A stretch of 63,740 nt of DNA, counting the filler, from Globobulimina sp. (lineage: Eukaryota), in assembly GCA_003354225.1 (NCBI GenBank). It is 43 parts of 43 records of this genome, joined end to end, with 100 filler letters (N's around TTAATTAATTAA, not from the genome) between each part and the next. Parts side by side here need not be neighbours in the genome. Positions count along the whole stretch, not along the records: positions 35,649 to 37,032 come from PIVH01017550.1; positions 37,133 to 38,516 come from PIVH01017551.1; positions 38,617 to 40,000 come from PIVH01017552.1; positions 40,101 to 41,484 come from PIVH01017553.1; positions 41,585 to 42,968 come from PIVH01017554.1; positions 43,069 to 44,452 come from PIVH01017555.1; positions 44,553 to 45,936 come from PIVH01017556.1; positions 46,037 to 47,420 come from PIVH01017557.1; 35 more parts are not named here. One strand, given 5' to 3'. The position numbers and the translations under genes are program-made. Positions 35,985-47,180 of this stretch are shown in pieces. How positions within the stretch are numbered: the first letter of the stretch is position 1; each line of letters starts with the position of its first letter. The notes beneath the pieces are model-generated. The model worked only from the letters and a program-made list of their open reading frames with translations, was not told where the DNA came from and searched no databases.

Positions 35985-37031
35985 ATGGATACTTCACAAG
36001 ACAAAGATATTGGAATGCGGCAGAGCTTATTGGGTGTGGCAGGAAAAAACACCATTCCACCACACCATATCATCCAACAACAACGCCGATCTCAAAGCGA
36101 ATTAGAGTCCCAAACGCGTAAAATCATACCATTGTCACATCGGGAATTATGTCCCTTATGTCACTGTCCATCATTCATATTCTTACAATCTAAGTACACT
36201 CACAAACATGACATGCATCTGCATCGTAACATGAATCAATTACACCCTGCAATTCCTGGAACGTTTACGTGCGCAAACTGTTCAAACGACGGCATACAAC
36301 TCAAATTATCACAAATCCACAAACTAAAACAAGAAATCAAACAACAATCTGCTACAATTAAACCAATTTTGCATGAAAAACTGACTCAAGACAACAAACT
36401 CAAAGCAAAACAATACCAACATACCCTCTCAAAACTGCGTCTTTTCATTGCACAAAAACAGCAAGAAAACAAAACCTTACACAATAAATGTGTCACACTA
36501 CACACAGAAAACCGTCAACGCAGACACAATCTGCAAAGACTGCGACCAAAATTGAGCCAAAAATGGCAATATATTCTCTCCGAATATCGACAGAAACACA
36601 AACTGTACCTCACCAGACACAAAATGAACGGCAATATTTGCAAACAAATCTCTTTAAACAAACTGTTACAAATCACAGATTTCTACAAAATGAAAGTTTT
36701 GCCCACGATGCACATCAAAGACACCAACCACGAACAAAGACAACTGTCCATGATACAAAACATTGCCATTCCATCCATCTTCAAAATAAAAAACATCAAA
36801 ACATTCTACAACGACCCACACAATGAACTATTTCGCTGTCCTTTGCCTTTGCCTTTACCCGCAACACAGCCACAAGCACAGCAGCGGCGACATTCCATGG
36901 CGTCAAAGAAAAACAAAAATAAACCCAGCTCGCCGTTGCAAAAATATATATCTTTCCTGACACCGCCGTACAAAACACAGCATAGTGAGACTGAGACTGA
37001 GTCAAAGTCACTGCCCCAGACATTGTTGTGA
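35985..37031 (+). CDS. ATG14/VPS38-like PI3K complex subunit, N-terminal region
   Basis: N-terminal CPLC...FTCANC cysteine pairs followed by a long coiled coil. Confidence 0.55.
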   Translation: MDTSQDKDIGMRQSLLGVAGKNTIPPHHIIQQQRRSQSELESQTRKIIPLSHRELCPLCHCPSFIFLQSKYTHKHDMHLHRNMNQLHPAIPGTFTCANCSNDGIQLKLSQIHKLKQEIKQQSATIKPILHEKLTQDNKLKAKQYQHTLSKLRLFIAQKQQENKTLHNKCVTLHTENRQRRHNLQRLRPKLSQKWQYILSEYRQKHKLYLTRHKMNGNICKQISLNKLLQITDFYKMKVLPTMHIKDTNHEQRQLSMIQNIAIPSIFKIKNIKTFYNDPHNELFRCPLPLPLPATQPQAQQRRHSMASKKNKNKPSSPLQKYISFLTPPYKTQHSETETESKSLPQTLL

Positions 37032-37174
37032 CNNNNNNNNNNNNNNNNNNNNNNNNNNNNNNNNNNNNNNNNNNNNTTAATTAATTAANNNNNNNNNNNN
37101 NNNNNNNNNNNNNNNNNNNNNNNNNNNNNNNNCAGCATGTTTACAAATGCTAAAACATCTAACCATTATAATAT

Positions 37175-37689
37175 TTATTCTTGTTCGTAATATTCATCCT
37201 CTTTAATAGCAGATAATTGTGTACATGTACTCTTTCTCCATGAAGCAACACCAGGAAGAAACGCATCGCAGTTTGCATTTAATGCTTTAAACTTGCCATT
37301 GTCACAAGACTTTGGAGTTGGAATAAATTCGGGCGCATTTAATAAGGTGGATATTGTGGATGGTGACATTGAATCAATACTACGATTATATATATCTTGT
37401 CCATGTTGTATAACTGAGGCATTTATAAGTTATATATTCATAAATTATCACTCATTAAATTGAAAAGAAATCTGTTTTAACTGTTTGTGCTATGATTTGG
37501 TTGTTGAGGAATAGCTAAGATTGTTACTGGGATTAATGGCGTTAGATTCTGATGTAATTGTTGAGCGTGTAATAATTGTTGATATTGAATGAAATTCCAA
37601 TTAACATTGCCTTGATTGTCTATATACATTGCATATTGCAATTGTGGCATCACTTGTGGATGCTGAGGGACAGGTTGATACAATGCCAT
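37175..37689 (-). CDS. Small Gln-rich protein with PAM2-like motifs; exon structure uncertain
   Basis: LLNAPEFIP and LNANCDAFLP resemble PAM2 (LNxxAxEFxP). Confidence 0.45.
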
Positions 37690-38117
37690 CTTAATTGTTA
37701 ATAAAAATTATAAAATGCAATACCGCCGCTAAAATGAAGTGTCTGAGACAGTGAGAATTTAATATTTTACGAACATGGCACTTAAATTGTTTGATCAGTT
37801 CAATGTACAATATTCATCGCAAAATACCAATATTTAATCGATAATTATGACATGGAATCTATTTACGATCATCAATTGTGCAATAAAAGAATCGTAAGAT
37901 ATTCATTTTCAAACAACAACAAAAAACACAAACTGCACAAACAAAAACCAGACAATCATAATAAAAAAACAAAAAAATAATCATTGATATAGAGACAAAT
38001 CTATTGCTGATCTTTGTTGAGCTGTGTTTAAAAGAATATTAATTATTGGTGATCTCCTATTTAATATTGGATCTCCGCCATATTTATATAACGTGGCGAG
38101 TAACATTGTGGTTGATC

Positions 38118-38516
38118 TTAAAACCTCGTCATTGATTTTTTCAATATATTCGTTCCAATTATTTTGATGAATTTAATAATCCAATCTGTACATTGCGTAT
38201 TATGCCCATTTTGATCTTGTATTGCTAATTTCGCATAACAATCAATACAACATTTTATAATTTTATCACTGTACCTAAATGCCGATGGACCACAGGCAAT
38301 TAAAATATCTGTTAATGTATCAATTAAAATGGTTAATAACTCCGATATCATTCTATTTGCAGACAAAAATAACACCGATTGCAGCGACACCGATTGCAGA
38401 ACCGTGGGAGATGTTAGTATTACCTCCCAAGAATATAACGGAACATTAAATGGAAATGTGACAAGTGTGTATATTTCACCGATTGCAGCGACACCGCTGC
38501 GAGATATTACTTTAGA
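38118..38516 (-). CDS. Alpha-solenoid fragment, possibly RIX1/PELP1-like
   Basis: IDTLTDILIACGPSAFRY recalls the PELP1 L..L..LI.ACG..L.R segment; weak, judged by eye. Confidence 0.3.
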   Translation of the reverse strand, partial: SKVISRSGVAAIGEIYTLVTFPFNVPLYSWEVILTSPTVLQSVSLQSVLFLSANRMISELLTILIDTLTDILIACGPSAFRYSDKIIKCCIDCYAKLAIQDQNGHNTQCTDWIIKFIKIIGTNILKKSMTRF

Positions 38517-38616
38517 NNNNNNNNNNNNNNNNNNNNNNNNNNNNNNNNNNNNNNNNNNNNTTAATTAATTAANNNNNNNNNNNNNNNNNNNNNNNNNNNN
38601 NNNNNNNNNNNNNNNN

Positions 38617-40000
38617 TTTCATTCAAAACATTTATGATATCCGCTTCATTCACTGCTTTTATAATGTCGTCATCCTTATCTACAGGCTGTAAAATGATAC
38701 CTTCAGCACCTTCTTCCAAATCATTTTCCTTTTCAACCATCGCAATTTCATTTCTATCATCCGCGCCTTCTACAGCTATATTTTTATTGTGTTTCTGTGA
38801 TTTCAAATAAAATATTACTATTAAAAATATTAGGAATAAAAATCCAATAACAACACCGATAATTATTGCAGTATTTGCATTATTTTGCTTGTTTTCAAAT
38901 TGTTCATCATCATCATCATCAATATTTGTTGTAGACATTGTATAATTTAATGGATCAATAATATCAATATCAATTATTTCAAAACTGTTATATATATATT
39001 CCAATAACATTCGTCTAGTTTGCGTATTGTTATTTATTTTATTATTCATAATCTTTACACATTTATCCTTAAATTCATCTGCTTCCATAATATCAATAAT
39101 CTCCTTTTTATATTTCTGAACTGCATTATTCGCAACGATACCAAACACACCAATGGCAATATATTCATTATGCTCTTCATTTTCTTGTAAATCTGAATGA
39201 AAATATGACGGACAATCAATATTATAATTATTTATTATTAATTCAGTATTAAAAACATTACAAATGACAAAATTTAAAACAGCAGCTTTTTTCCAGGGAG
39301 TTAACGCATTAAACGGTGCATTATGATAATTTATTGATTGATAGCCAATAATCTGTATTGTTTCTAATATTGTTTGTAACATTATTTCAGAGTATTGTCT
39401 CAATGATAAGAAATTTGATATAAACGCTTTGTTATCTTTATAATGACAAATAAAATGCAAATTATCATACCATTGGGTTGGTGACATAGTGGGTGATGCA
39501 TTTGGATAAATAGAAGGAATAATTGATGGCATATTTGTGGGGCTTTTGCTTGGTGCATTTGATAGCATATTGGTGGGATTCATGGATGGATTGTTACTCG
39601 CCATCGAAGGGGATACTGTAGTTGGCGCAGTGGGTGCATTCGTTGGATTTGTGCTAGGAATAGGATCAATGGTTGGGTCTGTTGTTGGATCATTTGTAGG
39701 ATCAGCGGTGGGGTGGAAAGAAGGGGAAAATGTTGGGTCAAATTTTGGATGCACCGTTGGATGAACAGTTGGATGCAGAGTAGGATATAATGTTGGCTGA
39801 GCTGTGGGATTTTCCGTCGGATGGTGTGTGGGATCAGACGTTGGATAAACAGTAGGATATGGTGTTGGCTCTGCTGTTGGATGTATTGTTGGCATAAATG
39901 TTGGATTTAATGAGGGATTTGATGTTGGATTTAATGAGAGATTTAATGTTGGATTTAATGATGGATTTAACGAGGGATCTAATGTTGGATTTAATGATCG
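38617..40000 (-). CDS. Cell-surface protein with a Pro/Thr (PTxx)n stalk and one TM helix (internal fragment)
   Basis: Long 12-nt-period PT/PS repeats at 39480-40000; TM helix AIIIGVVIGFLFLIFLIVIFYL. Confidence 0.85.
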
Positions 40001-40100
40001 NNNNNNNNNNNNNNNNNNNNNNNNNNNNNNNNNNNNNNNNNNNNTTAATTAATTAANNNNNNNNNNNNNNNNNNNNNNNNNNNNNNNNNNNNNNNNNNNN

Positions 40101-41295
40101 GCACATTATCAAATAACTGAATCCATTTTTTTCTTTGATTTCTCTGTCCACCGACATCAAACATGTTAAATGTTGTTTTCTTTATGAAATAGGTCCTTTC
40201 AATGATGCCTGTTGTCTTTATACGAGCATTGAGTATGTCTTCCAATGACGGAGTGTGCATTTTATCTGCACTCTCATCCATTATTACACTTATTTTGTCT
40301 GAACATTAACAAACAACGTTTTTTGAAAATAATTAACTGAAAACGTAATTTATTCGTAGTGCGATACAGATTTATAGCTAAAACAACATATTTAAGGCAA
40401 GAAACAGCAACAAAAAAATAGAAAATAAAATAGAATCCGCAATTAAAAAGCGCGATTTATATTTTTCGATGCGATTTTTATCGTTTTATATTGTGATGCG
40501 AAGTGTATACAATGTGACTCAAACTTTACCTAAAAAATAATCCATATTTTCTGGCAAACTAAAATACTGTCGATTTTTAAATGTTTCCTTAACGCCATCT
40601 AATTCCCATAATAATTGCATAGATTCACCTAAAATATATGTACAGATATACTGATTGTATAAAAATTAAAACATAAAAAAATAAGCTAACAACATACCAG
40701 CAACAGCAAGCTCAGCATCAACATTATCGGACATTTTCTCATCACTGAATGCAAACAATTTCGTTTTTAAGTCAATTACTGTTTTTATAGCAGTGGAGAT
40801 TTTGGGATCATTAATATTTACAATACATTCAATTTTATTATATGGTTTTGTCGATAATACATCACTTTGTTTTAATAATTTAATTAATCCGTCAATACAA
40901 TTCAAGCGAATGTTTTTTTTATAATTTGTAATATCACAATCTAAGAATAATGGGTTTTTGTTTGGTTTTTGAATCAGATCTTGTTGGTCTTCACCATGAA
41001 TACATTCGACCTGTCGAAATAATGTCGATTTACCACTGCTTCCTGAGCCTAATAATAATAATTTGACAATTTTATTATCTTTTTTTTCAAACTCCTTCAT
41101 TTTTTTATTAATTTGTTTGTTAATATCTTTGGTCAGTTTGGTGGAAACATATTTTTCTTCAAAGTCTGATTGAGATAATGGAGTTTGACCAATTGACAAA
41201 CTGTTCTCGCTGTTACTACTATGCCCACATACTTTACTTAAATGTGTTACGTCAGTATTTGATTTATTGGCTTCTTTATTCAAACAAGCTCCCAT
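40101..41295 (-). CDS. Heterotrimeric G-protein alpha subunit, 3 exons, 3' truncated
   Basis: MGACL acylation start; LLLLGSGSSGKST, ARIKTTGI, DVGGQRNQRKKW; introns 40629-40697 and 40299-40529 join in frame. Confidence 0.93.
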
Positions 41296-41355
41296 TATTT
41301 ATTTATTTTTTTGGCTTTCCAGTTTTTTGACCACTTCCTTAAAGCAAATCCAACC

Positions 41356-41484
41356 ATGATCTCTTTTTGTTTCTTGACTATGCTTATTGGCTATGCTTAT
41401 GGTGGTATTAATTGTTACGACGAGTCCCAATGTGCAGGAGATATTGGAACTGACAGTCAAAGTAGTGTCAGAGGATATGGTTAT
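41356..41484 (+). CDS. Secreted Cys-containing protein, N-terminus
   Basis: Signal peptide MISFCFLTMLIGYAYG, then INCYDESQC...RGYGY. Confidence 0.5.
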
Positions 41485-41584
41485 NNNNNNNNNNNNNNNN
41501 NNNNNNNNNNNNNNNNNNNNNNNNNNNNTTAATTAATTAANNNNNNNNNNNNNNNNNNNNNNNNNNNNNNNNNNNNNNNNNNNN

Positions 41585-42098
41585 TAAAATGGTGAAATAT
41601 CGCATAATCCCTTCAATGCAGCCAACACATTGTACATCGGATATGGTATTTGCTGGAGACAGAATAAATTGCAGTCAATACGGAGATGGTGACCGATTAT
41701 CGGGAGCTTATGCGTGGCAAACAATGTTAGACGAAGGAGTTGTGGCTATGCCGTTTGGTTCAGATTTCCCGGCGGTTGGTGTTGTAAACCCGTTTTTGGG
41801 TATTTTTGCAGCAGTAACTCGGGAAAATGAAAATGGTGAACCGGCCGGAGGATGGATGCCAAGCAATAAAGTATCATTACATCAGGCATTAAAAGGCTAC
41901 ACTTTGGATGCAGCATACGGCTCATTTCAGGAACATCATTTGGGCTCAATTACGGAGGGTAAATACGCGGATTTTATAATTATTGATCGGGATATAATGG
42001 CATTGGGTGTTGAGGATTATGTGGACATATTGGATACTCAGGTAATAGCCACATATTTAGGAGGAAAAAGAGTATATCACAATCCTGATTTTCTGTAA
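41585..42098 (+). CDS. YtcJ-like metal-dependent amidohydrolase (Amidohydro_3), C-terminal part
   Basis: SMQPTH, AYAWQTML, FGSDFP, GIFAAVTR, ALKGYT..AAY, GSITEGKYADFII. Confidence 0.9.
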
Positions 42099-42129
42099 CA
42101 ATGACAATTATAATAACGTACGTTTTAAA

Positions 42130-42968
42130 TGTATATATTGTTCCATCTGCAACTTATAGTCCGTATGAATTGAAAAATCACCGCATCAACGGACGTTTCT
42201 AAAACAGCAATAAGCGAATTTGTTCAACAGACTGCAATCGATGAAATAAATGCAAACCCGAATATTCTGCGGGATTGTCGACTTAAACTGAAATTACTGA
42301 ATGTAGAGGATTCTTTGGGTGACAGTGAGAGAGCATTGGAGAATGCAATCAATATATCTCAATTATATGAGGATTGTTCAATCAAACACAACTCCGATCT
42401 TTTACATGCAAATAACAACAAAGCCGCATAACATATTTCAAAACAACAACAAGGTCGTCATTCTCCGTATTAACATCGAGAGTGTTCAACATCTATCACC
42501 AACTACAAATATCTGCATCCGCCACATCTCAGAAAAGGATAAATATTCCTCTTTTTACAGAAGCATCGCTAACGATAATGTGCAGGGAAAGGCATTAATT
42601 AACTTTTTTGGCTTAGTTTCGTTTCGTTTCATTTCAACGATTAGCAAAGTTGACCTAGTATCCGATGACCTAGTAATCCTAGTATTCAAAGTTGAAAACC
42701 ACTCTAGCTAACCAAAACAAATAAAGAATCGTTGAAATGAAATGAAAGTAAGCCAAAAAAGTTAAATGCAACTTTGCATTCAATTTGGATGCCAAAAAAA
42801 AGGTGTCCTTTACCAGATGGTATTATATTGAATCAGTTATAGTAATATTGTTGTGATGATTCAGTGCAATCTATACAGACAATTACGGGCAGAATTTTTA
42901 TAAAGTTATTCAAGAAGAAGCAGATGAATACAATTTACTTTTCCACAAAGAGGGCAAAGGTATTATAA
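42130..42968 (+). pseudogene. Degraded ANF/class-C receptor ligand-binding domain interrupted by an insertion
   Basis: AIDEINANPNILRDCRLKL and SEKDKYSSFYRSIANDNVQGKALI lie in different frames with stops; insertion at 42599-42765. Confidence 0.6.
42599..42765. mobile_element. TTAA-bounded MITE-like insertion
   Basis: Arms TTAACTTTTTTGGCTTA...TTTCATTTCAACGATT and AATCGTTGAAATGAAA...TAAGCCAAAAAAGTTAA; core shared with 572-737. Confidence 0.7.
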
Positions 42969-43068
42969 NNNNNNNNNNNNNNNNNNNNNNNNNNNNNNNN
43001 NNNNNNNNNNNNTTAATTAATTAANNNNNNNNNNNNNNNNNNNNNNNNNNNNNNNNNNNNNNNNNNNN

Positions 43069-43441
43069 TTTTAATGTTTATCGCCCTTAATGTGAATTGT
43101 ATGTCATAATTATTTAACATTATAGGGAATTTGAGGTCGAATTGGCCGCCGGAAACATTACCAATTCGTATATCTCGGGCGTTCCATTTGTTACATTCCT
43201 GCTCGGTTTCATCTGCTGATATGGTTCGGAAGATTAGTTGAAAGCATTTGTTATGCGCTGTGTCGAATTTGCCATTTTTTATTAGGTCCTCCATGTTTTC
43301 AATTTCAATGGACACTGCGCCATTACGTGCGATTCTGCTGCATTTTATTTGGGGGACATAATCAAAGCATTCCTCCTCATTCTCTTCAACACAGGAAAGT
43401 GCTGAGGAAGTTGCAGTGGTACTCATACTTAAAGTAGCCAT
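43069..43441 (-). CDS. Orphan protein, N-terminal part
   Basis: Open frame from MATLSMST to the contig end. Confidence 0.4.
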
Positions 43442-44565
43442 TGTCAAAGTGTTTTTAATTGACGTTTTACACAATCAATCACAATAAAAAACTTACAAAC
43501 ACTTAAACCAAACACCATACAGAAAATCACACGTGAAAAAATAATAAAATGTATATATCACACCAAAGATAATAGGAATCATAAACACAAACATTTAATT
43601 GTTGTTTGTTTAAGGTGGTTGCTTCTATTACGAGAGAATTGCGACCGTTCGAACGCTAAAACGTACGTCGTGAATGAGCGCGGTACGCGCTTTCAATCAC
43701 TGTGTGTATCTAAATAAAAATAATATAATTAATAAAATTAAATTAATATAATCATCAATGAGACCAGGGATGAAAGCATAAGCGTCTCTTGCGCTGACAT
43801 CTCCCACCAAACGGATTGACAATCACATAAAATGTACTAAAAATAAAGTTGAAGTAAGTTGAAAACCTTCAACAACACCAAAGAAATCACAGATATATAA
43901 AATTCACACAAAAGCAAAATAGAAATAATTCCGATATAATAATAAATAAGACAGCATATTTAATTTTGCGTCCAATAATTCCTTCATAAATATTGACAAT
44001 AGGTGGATATTGCAAATATAAATTTATTTCCTTTTCTTGCTCTTTTTCATCTAATAATAATTGATTAAAATCATAATCATCCATCGCTACACATTGTAAA
44101 TTGCTTACTAGCATTTCACCCGTATAATAATTGTGGCGTATACAATATATCGTCAAAACAAAAAAACGGAGACATGACATCATGTCAACCTTAACTTCAC
44201 AGAATCTGCTCTTAATGAAACTGGTTGAAATTGTTTGTATAGTTGTCCATATAACTCAAAACAACAAAATAGGAAGCTTGTGATCAACTTTTCAAAAAAG
44301 TGCAAAGTTGGCAATTTCTACCTTTGTCAAATCGAAGAATTGAAGTCTTTCTTTTTAGAACCTATCTGATTGATACAATACACACACAATATCAAACGCA
44401 CAAAGCAAACAAAATGACGACCGAGTTAGTGTGACTATACCTATGTTATTTTNNNNNNNNNNNNNNNNNNNNNNNNNNNNNNNNNNNNNNNNNNNNTTAA
44501 TTAATTAANNNNNNNNNNNNNNNNNNNNNNNNNNNNNNNNNNNNNNNNNNNNAAAGAAACTCTAA

Positions 44566-45583
44566 TTACTTTCTAAATGGATGTAAACAAATAATACCTG
44601 CAACAAACTGGCTATACAATGAAACCAACACCAAAACAGCAGAATTTGATGTGATCATGGGTATCAAAAGGAAAGCCACTGCTGAACTGGTTGCCAACAA
44701 ACAAACGATGAACGATTGAAGGAGAATGCTCTTCTCAACTGACGTCATGGGTGTTTCACTCTGTGATTGAGCCATTTTACGTATTGTGATCATCACCTTG
44801 GAATACAATGTTATCATTGAAACAGTAAACAATGTATTGTTGATCACATTAGCCAATAGACCAATCTAGTAAGAGAAAAGATTAGATTGTATTGTATGAG
44901 CGTGTTGCATACTTCGTAGCCTGGTCCTGGATCAAACTTCCACAATCCAAGTCTACTTTGATAAACAATGGTGCAACAGGGACTGAGGAATATGAGTAGA
45001 AATAAAGAACTATAAATTAAAATGCCAACTATCCATAACCGAACACCGTATCAAATAAAAAGGTTTGTTTCTTCGTTTGTCACTTGTTGACATTGTAATG
45101 CTCGGTTAATGGCTAATACCATACATAGACCACAATATGTTATCCAGCCAGCTAAAATAGACCACACTATTATAACCAGTGCGAGGCATTATGGTTCAGT
45201 TACTACAATCATGGTACAATCAGCTTTTGCTCAACAGGTTCGCTTTTAGGGTGAATCGTATGTTCTGAGTAAAAGCTATCATGTGTTCAAGCGTTATTAC
45301 CATTAGCAAATGCCCCGACGATATTCGTTCTCCAGTAGCTCTGACAGAAAGATAATCCAAAAATTGACCAGTAACCGCTAAGGTATGTGTTCTTCAGCAA
45401 CATAAACAGATCAACCACACCAATTGCAATCATGATTTTGTAACATGACCGACTTCTAAGTGGTTTCTGGCACATCGCCCATATAGAAGCCAAGTAGAAA
45501 GGGAGGTAAATAGTTCCGTGGATTACATACAGAAGACCGAGAGGCTGGTTCCTCTTCTCAGAACAATCTGTTTCGTTTGTCAT
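44566..45583 (-). pseudogene. Nematode serpentine chemoreceptor, class Srt-like; multi-exon, middle exon disrupted
   Basis: SCYKIMIAIGVVD, GLSFC, LAINR, WKFDP, NN...LY and ILLQSFIVC; LAINR and WKFDP are in different frames with a stop between them. Confidence 0.75.
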
Positions 45584-46036
45584 TTTTGGCCTTTCGATTT
45601 TTCTTTAACAATATACTATGTACATACATTATAAATTTATTAATTTCTTAAATCCCCACCTTCATACCTTCAGCTTCTAATGCAAATTTCAGTCCAAAAA
45701 TAGTTCAATACACCAGCAAGGTAATCTGTGTTCCTCAACAATGAAATAAAGCTGAAAACAATAGACAAGTTTGGGTTAATGGCAAATTGAAATGTATCCA
45801 GAAGCAGAAGCATCCGCCAACAACAACCTGATTTTATTTCTTTTGATGCTTAGGTCTTTGCTTTGCTTTGCTTCACTTTTACTCGAGAAAGCGATTCCGC
45901 TTTTCTATAGCAACTGCTCGAAACTTATTCTGAATTNNNNNNNNNNNNNNNNNNNNNNNNNNNNNNNNNNNNNNNNNNNNTTAATTAATTAANNNNNNNN
46001 NNNNNNNNNNNNNNNNNNNNNNNNNNNNNNNNNNNN

Positions 46037-46204
46037 TGGTGGAGTTACAGTTAGCTGAGCTTGTGCAGTGTTTGCTGGCGAGGTAGAGGTTTGGCTTAAT
46101 GACGGTATTGATGACGATGGGGCTACGAGGGTTAGCTTTTGTGTCTTCGACGAAGACTTTTTCTTCCTTCGCGTTTGTTTCTGTTGGGGATTGTTGCCAT
46201 TCAT
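46037..46204 (-). CDS. Orphan protein N-terminus, divergent from the L27 gene
   Basis: MNGNNPQQKQTRRKKK..., open to the contig edge. Confidence 0.45.
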
Positions 46205-46259
46205 GAAGGAGTTTTTGAAATCATGTCGGAGTGTAAAATTAATGTAAGCAACACTGAAA

Positions 46260-47003
46260 ATGTTAGGTTTGAGTAAACTTGCAAAGTGCAGCTCATTTGC
46301 AACTCCCTTACTTGCAAAGTGTCGTTTTGCCACTGTTGTTGTGGGTGGATCCGCCAAGAATCACGGAGGTGGCTCATTGCCGCGAAAGAGACGTGGTCAC
46401 AAAGTAACAGGCAATGAATTAGTGGAAAAGGGGAACATTTTGGTGAAACAAAGGTGGTGGTTGGAAAAGGATAAAATATGGCATGGTGGATTTAATGTAC
46501 ATAGGGGGCAAAAAGGAATATTGAATGCAATGATCAAAGGAAGGGTGCTATATTATTATGATACGAATGAGAAAAGGAAATATGTTTCGGTTGTGCCAGA
46601 AGATGAAGATCCGCGCGATTATATGCGGCCATTTTATACTCCAAAGCAAATATACAGAATGGCAAAGGAGAGGGCGATAAGACGGATAAAATTGGATTCG
46701 TCGCTAAATGTGAATAAGAAAAATAAGGAAATGAATGAATTAAGAAATGTGCAAATAAATTATATAAATCAGGTGGAACATATTCCAATGGAATTGATAA
46801 TGAATCATGAGTTGGATCAAAGATTTAAGGACAGTTCATTCAAACATTTGTGTCAAAATATTGATAAATTGGAGGATGTTGAACCAGTGTTTGAGGAGGA
46901 ACAGATTGAATTTGCTGTCAATAATAAATTGCAGTTTGAATTGGACCCACAACAAATCGAAGAGAGGAGAATGGAACGACAACAAAAGCAAAAGGCAAAA
47001 TAG
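46260..47003 (+). CDS. MRPL27: Mitochondrial ribosomal protein bL27m with a C-terminal extension
   Basis: Presequence-like start, then GGSAKN...KRRGHK...VEKGNILVKQR...HGGFNV...A.IKGRV. Confidence 0.8.
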   Translation: MLGLSKLAKCSSFATPLLAKCRFATVVVGGSAKNHGGGSLPRKRRGHKVTGNELVEKGNILVKQRWWLEKDKIWHGGFNVHRGQKGILNAMIKGRVLYYYDTNEKRKYVSVVPEDEDPRDYMRPFYTPKQIYRMAKERAIRRIKLDSSLNVNKKNKEMNELRNVQINYINQVEHIPMELIMNHELDQRFKDSSFKHLCQNIDKLEDVEPVFEEEQIEFAVNNKLQFELDPQQIEERRMERQQKQKAK

Positions 47004-47079
47004 TACAAATTCCGGAAATTTCATAGTGCAAAACTTAATAATATAAATACATCCGTAAGTTAACTAAGATTGTTTTGCA

Positions 47080-47180
47080 TCTCTTTTTAAAACCATTGAA
47101 TTTTAGTTTATTCCCTCACCGGAATGTTTAAGCAATCGGTGAGTATGGAGCCGGACTATGACCCCGGCTGAATGTGCTAG
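47080..47180 (+). mobile_element. Candidate mini-Helitron or Helitron 3' end
   Basis: GC hairpin AGCCGG-N9-CCGGCT (47149-47169), then 7 nt, then CTAG|T; possible 5' end A|TCTC at 47080. Confidence 0.45.

Noticed and set aside
43677..43691. GC hairpin AGCGCG-GTA-CGCGCT as a Helitron end or terminator
   Set aside because: No CTRR at the expected distance on either strand and no second copy in the window
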